From a virus (taxonomy: Duplodnaviria; Heunggongvirae; Uroviricota; Caudoviricetes): 64,000 nucleotides of DNA. Positions 56,949 to 63,773 of the stretch are shown piece after piece. A program made the translations under genes and the position numbers. Location: IMG/VR virus record IMGVR_UViG_3300029983_000009, positions 64,001 to 128,000 of that record; one strand, given 5' to 3'. Each line of letters starts with the position of its first letter. The stretch's first letter is position 1. Under the pieces are notes generated by a model, which saw nothing but the letters and a program-made list of their open reading frames with translations, made no database searches and had not been told where the DNA came from.

Positions 56949-57506
56949 ATGATTAAAAAATTTAAAGAATTCGAAAACTATGATTTAAGAGGAGAATATG
57001 GTGATATTTTTGAACCTATGAAAGAAGAAGATATGCCTCAAGATGTACCAGGATTTGAAAGCGGTACAATAGATCCAGAGGATGATGAAGTATATCACAA
57101 TTTACATTCTGACTTCAATGAACTTAGTGAAAAAGAACTATATGAGAAATTCAAAATAGTAACAAAGGAAAGAAATTTCAAAGAAACAAAAAATGAAATA
57201 AAAATAAATATATCAAAATTGTATCATGATTTTATTATGTCAATATATAATCCTAATAAGCATTATTCAAAATTTCTAAGAGAAGAAATTATAGGCAAAT
57301 ATATATCAGATGGAGTAATTGATTTTATGACTGATATAAAATATTATGGTATAATAAAAGGATTAAACTTTCAATATGTTAATGAAAGTGCTCTTGTTTC
57401 TGCAGAATTAGTTGGAATAGATGAGTTAAAATACGAAAATTCAATGTGTAATAATATTATTACTATTGATAAACTAAAGTCTAATGCAAATAAATTTAAT
57501 TTATGA
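56949..57506 (+). CDS. cassette protein (array 8), acidic N-terminal part
   Basis: MIKKFKEFE...NKFNL. Confidence 0.85.
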   Translation: MIKKFKEFENYDLRGEYGDIFEPMKEEDMPQDVPGFESGTIDPEDDEVYHNLHSDFNELSEKELYEKFKIVTKERNFKETKNEIKINISKLYHDFIMSIYNPNKHYSKFLREEIIGKYISDGVIDFMTDIKYYGIIKGLNFQYVNESALVSAELVGIDELKYENSMCNNIITIDKLKSNANKFNL

Positions 57507-57796
57507 AACATATCAAGAAATTTGAAATAAATGACATATCAGATGATGAGATTCAAAAATATAGAAAAAATGATTATGTTAAATTAAAATCATCAGGATT
57601 TGTTGATAAATTACCAAGATATGCTAAAATAACATCTATTGATCCACCTACACTTAATAGCTGTATTTATTATTTTTGTGTGACTCCTGATAATAATAAG
57701 CTTTGGATGCCTGATGATAGAATTGAAAGAGAATTAGATAAATATGAAATAGAAAAATATGAATTTGATTTAATAGCAAATAAATTTAATTTATGA
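57503..57796 (+). CDS. cassette protein (array 8), SH3-like
   Basis: MKHIKKFE...YRKNDYVKL...NKFNL. Confidence 0.85.
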   Translation: MKHIKKFEINDISDDEIQKYRKNDYVKLKSSGFVDKLPRYAKITSIDPPTLNSCIYYFCVTPDNNKLWMPDDRIERELDKYEIEKYEFDLIANKFNL

Positions 57797-58131
57797 ATAA
57801 TCACAAGTCAGAAATAATAATTGAGAATGAAATTGAATATCATTCATTAAAATTCAATTATATAGATAAAAACGATTTTAAAATAATAGAAAAATTTATA
57901 AAGAATTATAAATATGTTAAAATTATACATAACAATTCTTGTGGATTATCTGGTATATCATATTATAAGAATAATTCAATACATAATGATTTTGGTCCAT
58001 CTATAATAAAAACATCAAAAAATGGAGAGATTAAAAATGAATATTATTATTTAAATGGAGTTGAATTAAATTATGAAAAATGGAAAAATAAATTTCGTAA
58101 TTATAAGTTATTAAAATTAAAAAATCTATAA
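57793..58131 (+). CDS. hypothetical protein with LHR.DGPA-like repeat, RxxKL tail
   Basis: IHNDFGPSII...EYYYLNG; ends FRNYKLLKLKNL. Confidence 0.75.
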   Translation: MNNHKSEIIIENEIEYHSLKFNYIDKNDFKIIEKFIKNYKYVKIIHNNSCGLSGISYYKNNSIHNDFGPSIIKTSKNGEIKNEYYYLNGVELNYEKWKNKFRNYKLLKLKNL

Positions 58132-58146
58132 TTAAATTATAGATTT

Positions 58147-58806
58147 TTATAAATTAAATTTGTTGATAGATTTTTTTATCTTTAAATAATCTTCAACTTC
58201 TTTTTTACTTTTAGAATATAATTTAATATCTTTAATTCTAAATTCATGTTTTCCTAAATCTTTAATAATAGGATTTGTATCATTATAAAACTGATTTATT
58301 TCTCCTATCATTTCTTTAGGTATATCTCTATATTCAATTACATATGCATTTTTCTCGTTTTGGCTAGTAACTCTTCCAATGTTATTATTTATATACTCAT
58401 CAAAAATATTGTCATCATCACTATATTTATTACTTTTTATTTCGCACAATACATAATCTCCTATCATTGGTTCATCTGGAATCTTCCATTCAGATTTCAA
58501 TGTAAACATATATGCTTTTTTCATAGTTATTATTTCATCAGTTTTAATATCTTGAACATCTACATAAGCATTATATAATAAATTAGTTGTTACATTCCTA
58601 TAACCTCTTCCACTCCAATATATTTGTATAACTTTATATTCTCTACCATATTTAATTTCTTTTTCATTACCATATTCTAATTCACCATCCTGAGTTATTC
58701 TACCTGTATAGTCACGATATGCGTCGAATTTTGTAGAACAAATCACAATATCATTTAATGAATAAACAATATAATCATTACTTTCAAATTTTTTTATATA
58801 TTTCAT
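58147..58806 (-). CDS. cassette protein with two SH3-like payloads
   Basis: YSLNDIVIC domain followed by EPMIGDYVLC domain; NKFNL. Confidence 0.85.
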   Translation of the reverse strand: MKYIKKFESNDYIVYSLNDIVICSTKFDAYRDYTGRITQDGELEYGNEKEIKYGREYKVIQIYWSGRGYRNVTTNLLYNAYVDVQDIKTDEIITMKKAYMFTLKSEWKIPDEPMIGDYVLCEIKSNKYSDDDNIFDEYINNNIGRVTSQNEKNAYVIEYRDIPKEMIGEINQFYNDTNPIIKDLGKHEFRIKDIKLYSKSKKEVEDYLKIKKSINKFNL

Positions 58807-58809
58807 ATT

Positions 58810-58998
58810 TTAAAATTTTGTTTGAAATGATACCATATCTTTAGTTTTATTAGACATTACATCAACTGGTTCAAGTGTTCCTCCACCATTTTTCTTTTTC
58901 TTTTTCTTTTTCTCCTCATTTTTATATGATTTGTGTTGTGGTTTATATGGCACATATTCAACTCCAACGTATTCTTCAAAAGTTTTTAAGTTTTTCAT
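58810..58998 (-). CDS. small basic protein with CTS-like N-terminus
   Basis: MKNLKTFEE...EEKKKKKKKNGGG. Confidence 0.75.
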   Translation of the reverse strand: MKNLKTFEEYVGVEYVPYKPQHKSYKNEEKKKKKKKNGGGTLEPVDVMSNKTKDMVSFQTKF

Positions 58999-59447
58999 AT
59001 ATTAAATTTATTTGTATTGTATTTTAATTCAAAATCATTTTTTGATATTTTTTTAATTAATATATTAATATCTTCATTTATAATATATCTTGAAAATTTT
59101 ATGAAATCGTCAATTATTTTCAATCCTTCTATTTCTTTAAAATAATCAATAACAAAATTTGACAACGAATCATAGTCATCAATTATCTTAATACTTATAA
59201 TATAACTAGTTGTAGAATAATCTATATTTTGAGTTAACTCTATTTCAAATAAATCTTGAAATCTTGAGCAACCATATTCATCAGTTATTAAATTTATTGA
59301 TCTACAACGTAATGTATATTCTTTAATTTTATTATATTCATTATATATAGTTGAACATCTTACTCCAATATCGCTGAACATTTTTGATAAATGTTCTATT
59401 AAATTTTTAAGTTCAGTTATATTTTCATACAACTTTAAATATTTCAT
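58995..59447 (-). CDS. cassette protein, unknown payload
   Basis: MKYLKLYE...NKFNI. Confidence 0.85.
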   Translation of the reverse strand: MKYLKLYENITELKNLIEHLSKMFSDIGVRCSTIYNEYNKIKEYTLRCRSINLITDEYGCSRFQDLFEIELTQNIDYSTTSYIISIKIIDDYDSLSNFVIDYFKEIEGLKIIDDFIKFSRYIINEDINILIKKISKNDFELKYNTNKFNI

Positions 59448-59746
59448 ATATTGAATTTTTTTGCATTATATTCTGTTTCAGATATAAAAACAGATGGATG
59501 CCAATTTACTGTTTCTTTTCCAGTTTCTACATTAACTACATTAACTTTATTTAAATTAATTTCTTTTACAATATATTTTTCTCCTTTTGTTATTAAATCA
59601 AGTAACATAGGATTGAATTTTTCATTATCTTTATTATGCATAGATGGTAAGCCTTTAACAGTTTCTACACAAATAACAGTATCTCCTACTTTATATTTGT
59701 ATTTTTTATCTATATCAATTTCCTCATATGATTTTAAAAATTTCAT
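59444..59746 (-). CDS. cassette protein, SH3-like
   Basis: Start corrected to MKFLKSYEE at 59746; YKVGDTVIC; KKFNI. Confidence 0.85.
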   Translation of the reverse strand: MKFLKSYEEIDIDKKYKYKVGDTVICVETVKGLPSMHNKDNEKFNPMLLDLITKGEKYIVKEINLNKVNVVNVETGKETVNWHPSVFISETEYNAKKFNI

Positions 59747-59747
59747 A

Positions 59748-60146
59748 TTATATGTTGAATTTTTTAGTTCTAATATAAAATAAAATATTTTCATCTTCAA
59801 TATTTACATTATAAAAATTTATTGTGACTCCTTTTACGTTTTGATCATTAGATGCTTTTAAATATCCATAACTAAAAACATAGTTACCTATTCTTAATGC
59901 AAAATCATCACCTTTATTAATATAAAATTCATCCTGTACAATTTTTTCACGCATTTCTATATTATCAGATTTTTTATAATAATGTTCATTTTGAGTTTCT
60001 GAAATAATAAATCCAATTGCATCAGAATTATCTTTCAAATCAATTAATTTTTGAATTGATTTGAACATACCAAAAAAATCACAGAATCCAAAAAGATCAA
60101 TTGATATTACTTGTTCTGTTGATTCATATTTTTTTAAATATTTCAT
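59748..60146 (-). CDS. cassette protein, unknown payload
   Basis: MKYLKKYE...KKFNI. Confidence 0.85.
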   Translation of the reverse strand: MKYLKKYESTEQVISIDLFGFCDFFGMFKSIQKLIDLKDNSDAIGFIISETQNEHYYKKSDNIEMREKIVQDEFYINKGDDFALRIGNYVFSYGYLKASNDQNVKGVTINFYNVNIEDENILFYIRTKKFNI

Positions 60147-60515
60147 TTATATATTGTATTTGTTTGATTTTGATTTCATTTTATAATCTTCTATGTGAGG
60201 AATTACTATATGACTAGCTATATATGTTTCACTAAATGAAATATCACCTACTTGTCCATGATCACCTTTTGTAACTTCATCAATTTCCTCAATTGTTATT
60301 TCATTATTTTCTAACGCTTTTAATAATGATTCACCATTTTTTATATATTTACTTGATAATAATTCTCTACCACCGAATTGTTCTATCCAGTTAAATGCTG
60401 TTTGAAATTCATTATGTCCTAATGAATCATCCAAATTAGAATTAGGATGATTTTCACTATCAGCCCAATCTTTTATTCTGGTACTATAATCAGTAAATTC
60501 TTTTAGATATTTCAT
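60147..60515 (-). CDS. cassette protein, unknown payload
   Basis: MKYLKEF...NKYNI. Confidence 0.85.
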   Translation of the reverse strand: MKYLKEFTDYSTRIKDWADSENHPNSNLDDSLGHNEFQTAFNWIEQFGGRELLSSKYIKNGESLLKALENNEITIEEIDEVTKGDHGQVGDISFSETYIASHIVIPHIEDYKMKSKSNKYNI

Positions 60516-60530
60516 CTTAATTTTTTGTTT

Positions 60531-60857
60531 TTATATATTAAATTTATTTGTTATATTATATAATTTATATTTTTTTATTTCTTCTTTTGTTGCTAATCTG
60601 ATATTCTCTGGATAAAAATCATGAATATCATTTTTAAATACCCATTTTAAATCTGAAGGAATATTTGTATATTTTACATTATATGCAGTATATGGTTTAT
60701 CATTATATCCAAAGTTTTTGCTTATGCCAATAATTTGACCTATGTTATTTTCCAAGAAATTCTTAATATCAGGCTTAAATGGAACATATTCTGATATTAC
60801 ATATTGTCCTACTTTAAAAACTTTTTTTCTACTTTCAAATGTTTTAATGTATTTCAT
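60531..60857 (-). CDS. cassette protein, GDYV/SH3-like
   Basis: MKYIKTFE...VGQYVI...NNIGQI...NKFNI. Confidence 0.85.
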   Translation of the reverse strand: MKYIKTFESRKKVFKVGQYVISEYVPFKPDIKNFLENNIGQIIGISKNFGYNDKPYTAYNVKYTNIPSDLKWVFKNDIHDFYPENIRLATKEEIKKYKLYNITNKFNI

Positions 60858-61174
60858 ATATTAAATTTATTTGCCTTTAGTTTCATATTAAAAAATTCAA
60901 TCTCTTCTGGAGTCATTAGTCTTTCTATCTCATCAAATTTAATGAATAATCCTTCATCATCTTCTCCAGGGGTATATGTTTTAACAATATAAGGGTATGG
61001 AAGATCATCATAATATTCTCTATTGGTGACAATTCCAAATTTGTTAGGTAATTCATCTATTTTATTATCTATTTTATTATTTTTTGTGAATTTTTCTATA
61101 TCTAATACAACATAATCTCCATCATTATATTTTAATGGCTCAAATTGTTTTTCAAATGTTTTTATATACTTCAT
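60854..61174 (-). CDS. cassette protein, GDYV/SH3-like
   Basis: MKYIKTFE...DGDYVVLD...NKFNI. Confidence 0.85.
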   Translation of the reverse strand: MKYIKTFEKQFEPLKYNDGDYVVLDIEKFTKNNKIDNKIDELPNKFGIVTNREYYDDLPYPYIVKTYTPGEDDEGLFIKFDEIERLMTPEEIEFFNMKLKANKFNI

Positions 61175-61596
61175 ACATTAAATTTATTTGTATTATCAAG
61201 AAATATTTTTTCAGAATCATCAAGAACTAATTTATTGATATCTATTTTTAGCTCACCTTTGAAATCATAAATATTTGCGTTTAACTGATTTTTATATATT
61301 CTGAATTTATCATCTTCATTATGTAATATCGAATAAGAAAATCCAAACAAACTAAAATATAAATATACTCCTATAATATCATCATTAATATCATCATTAA
61401 TATCTTTATCTCTAAATATTCTATTTATTGTTCTATTTAATTCTATCTCATGATCATTACTAGGAAAATATTTCTTAAATTTTGAAATAACTGACATTAT
61501 ATTAGAAACATCTCCATAAATTATCCAATATGATCCTGCTATAATTTCAATGTCATCAGAATTAGTTATTTTTTCGTATTTCTTTATATATTTCAT
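61171..61596 (-). CDS. cassette protein, unknown payload
   Basis: MKYIKKYE...NKFNV. Confidence 0.85.
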   Translation of the reverse strand: MKYIKKYEKITNSDDIEIIAGSYWIIYGDVSNIMSVISKFKKYFPSNDHEIELNRTINRIFRDKDINDDINDDIIGVYLYFSLFGFSYSILHNEDDKFRIYKNQLNANIYDFKGELKIDINKLVLDDSEKIFLDNTNKFNV

Positions 61597-62021
61597 ATGT
61601 TAAATTTATTTACATCAGTAATCAAATTATATTTAGAGTCAAAATCTTCATTTGATATTTGATTAATAATATCATCAATATTACCAATTATATCATATAC
61701 TATTTTAGTTGTACTTTCAAAATTATACTTTAATCCTTTTATAGTTTTGAAATATTGTAACATATATTTATAGAAAATTTCATTTTTAAATATATGAATA
61801 GATAAGTGCTTACCAAGAATTGTATCAACTGATATATCAAATAATGCTTCACCAGAAGTAGAAAATTCAGTTTCATATTTTCTATTGTCATAATAATTTG
61901 AATATTCTATACCATAATAAGAAAAAATCTTTGTTAAATGACTAATTAATTTTTTAACATCGGTTACATCACTATCATCAAAAAAATCAGTTATTTTTTC
62001 AAATGTTTTTATATGCTTCAT
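61593..62021 (-). CDS. cassette protein, unknown payload
   Basis: MKHIKTFE...YFKTIKGL...NKFNI. Confidence 0.85.
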   Translation of the reverse strand: MKHIKTFEKITDFFDDSDVTDVKKLISHLTKIFSYYGIEYSNYYDNRKYETEFSTSGEALFDISVDTILGKHLSIHIFKNEIFYKYMLQYFKTIKGLKYNFESTTKIVYDIIGNIDDIINQISNEDFDSKYNLITDVNKFNI

Positions 62022-62458
62022 TATACATTATATTTTTTTGCACTAGCAAACATAGTCAATTTATCTTTATCTATTTGATCAATAACGTCATTAATATCTC
62101 CTGTAATATAAAATTCATATTCATCTAATATTTGTTTATTAAATCTAATTCCTTTTATTGTTTTTAAATACTCAGGAATTTCTGATACCATAATATTATT
62201 ACTATTATTAAAAGAATCTAATACTATATATTCATCATCTCCTGTCATTATAGAAAATAATATTTTATCTGTATTCTTAACATAAAATGAAAACATGACA
62301 TCATCTCCTTCACTCATATCAGAACACTCGTATCCAAATTGAGTTATAAAATTTCTAATGAATTTTGCAAATATAGGTAATTTATTTTTAAATTCTTCTA
62401 GATCTTCTTCAGTATAATATTCTTCTTCGAATATTTTATAATCTTTAATGTATTTCAT
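62021..62458 (-). CDS. cassette protein, unknown payload
   Basis: MKYIKDYKIFEE...YLKTIKGI...KKYNV. Confidence 0.85.
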   Translation of the reverse strand: MKYIKDYKIFEEEYYTEEDLEEFKNKLPIFAKFIRNFITQFGYECSDMSEGDDVMFSFYVKNTDKILFSIMTGDDEYIVLDSFNNSNNIMVSEIPEYLKTIKGIRFNKQILDEYEFYITGDINDVIDQIDKDKLTMFASAKKYNV

Positions 62459-62787
62459 ATATTATATTTATTTGTCATCAATACTTTTTCTAAATCTTCT
62501 TTATTTTTAGACCAATATTTTATATCTTCAATATTTAATGATATCGCTTCTTCATCATATATCTTAAATTTATAAAAATCTAACTCTTTTGGTATATTAT
62601 CATATATTATTGTATATGATAAATCATCTGCATATAAAGGTTTAAATATATTATATAATTTACCAATTCTATTTTTAGTGAATTCATTTAAATCAGTAAG
62701 AAAATCATTTGATTCTGCTATCACATAATCACCAACTTCTGGATCATTCACATTCATTTTTTCATATATTCTAAATTTTGTAATCAT
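62455..62787 (-). CDS. cassette protein, GDYV/SH3-like
   Basis: MITKFRIYE...VGDYVI...NKYNI. Confidence 0.85.
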   Translation of the reverse strand: MITKFRIYEKMNVNDPEVGDYVIAESNDFLTDLNEFTKNRIGKLYNIFKPLYADDLSYTIIYDNIPKELDFYKFKIYDEEAISLNIEDIKYWSKNKEDLEKVLMTNKYNI

Positions 62788-63116
62788 AAGTTAAATTTAT
62801 TTGCTTGTAAAATAGTTTCTAATTCTTCTTTGTTTTTAGTCCATTTTATCAAATCCTCTTTTTTGAATCTAAAAGATGTATCATTATTCATAGACTTATA
62901 TAATTTTAACTCATCTGGTATATTATTATATTTTACTAAAAAAGATGTTTCATCGTATTTATCAGTTTCAATTTTAATTAATTCTCCTATATTATTTGTA
63001 GCAAAAATATTAGCAGGATGTTCATCCTCAGCATGTTTCCATTTTGCAAATATGTAATCACCAACTTCTGGTTCAATTGAATTTTCATATTCCTCATACA
63101 ATTTTAAATGTGTCAC
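62784..63116 (-). CDS. cassette protein, GDYV/SH3-like
   Basis: MTHLKLYEE...VGDYIF...NKFNL. Confidence 0.85.
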   Translation of the reverse strand: MTHLKLYEEYENSIEPEVGDYIFAKWKHAEDEHPANIFATNNIGELIKIETDKYDETSFLVKYNNIPDELKLYKSMNNDTSFRFKKEDLIKWTKNKEELETILQANKFNL

Positions 63117-63697
63117 ATTGATTCAATTCTTTTTAATAATTTTGTTATTAGACATTTAGTAACTAAATCATTATTTACTATTTGATTAACATCTGCAATG
63201 GAAACTCTTATACATTTAGACAATTTTTCGTTTTTTGAGCCATCTGTTGGAGGCTTCATTTGACGGTAAGTATTTACTGGCAATTCTAAAAAACATATAT
63301 ATAACTGATTTGTACTATACTTGTCAGTGAAGAAAGGTCCTTCAATTTCAAATGGATATAAATTATTTAATACTATTCCACCTTCTTCATATAATTCTCT
63401 TCTTATTGTTTGCTCTGGTGTTTCACTTTTTTCTATACCTCCAGTTATTACTGTTAAATAATTTGTAACATTTCTTAGATTTGGCGCTTCTCTATTTTTA
63501 TATTGATATGCAGGAAGATATTCTAATCTCATAAGAAATGTTGCCTCATCCCTAAAATATGGTAATATAGCAACACAATCATGTCCTTTTAGTATTTCAG
63601 TTTCTTTATATTCAACCACATCTAAATATTTACCATTAAATAAAATTTCTTCATCTGGTATAACTGGCTTATCTTTTATCTGTGTAAATTTTTCCAT
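63113..63697 (-). CDS. NUDIX hydrolase (ADP-ribose pyrophosphatase-like)
   Basis: Nudix box GGIEKSETPEQTIRRELYEEGG; ATG 63697 preferred. Confidence 0.9.
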   Translation of the reverse strand: MEKFTQIKDKPVIPDEEILFNGKYLDVVEYKETEILKGHDCVAILPYFRDEATFLMRLEYLPAYQYKNREAPNLRNVTNYLTVITGGIEKSETPEQTIRRELYEEGGIVLNNLYPFEIEGPFFTDKYSTNQLYICFLELPVNTYRQMKPPTDGSKNEKLSKCIRVSIADVNQIVNNDLVTKCLITKLLKRIESM

Positions 63698-63773
63698 TAA
63701 AATTCTTTTTTCTTTATATATTAAAAAACTAAAATCTTTTTTTAATCTATAAAAATAAAAATAATTTTTTAAA

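Larger units (their letters stand above)
58147..63116 (-). repeat. cassette array 9: 12 tailed genes plus one CTS-only peptide
   Basis: Conserved junctions throughout. Confidence 0.9.

Noticed and set aside
426-62900. Opposite-strand or off-frame ORFs in the track (e.g. 426, 4557, 4774, 6395, 7740, 13126, 14000, 14998, 15597, 16428, 17513, 18405, 19993, 21517, 24415, 26210, 30024, 32253, 34189, 34615, 35154, 35552, 36027, 37299, 43209, 48322, 49646, 51905, 52502, 52681, 52832, 55439, 55602, 58360, 59451, 60804, 62830)
   Set aside because: They overlap better-supported genes or the RNA island and have the F/I/L/S-rich composition typical of antisense frames in AT-rich DNA.
3909-63116. Integron or diversity-generating retroelement as the cassette mechanism
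   Set aside because: No tyrosine integrase, attC-like palindromes, reverse transcriptase or adenine-only variable/template repeat pair is visible; the junctions are coding sequence.
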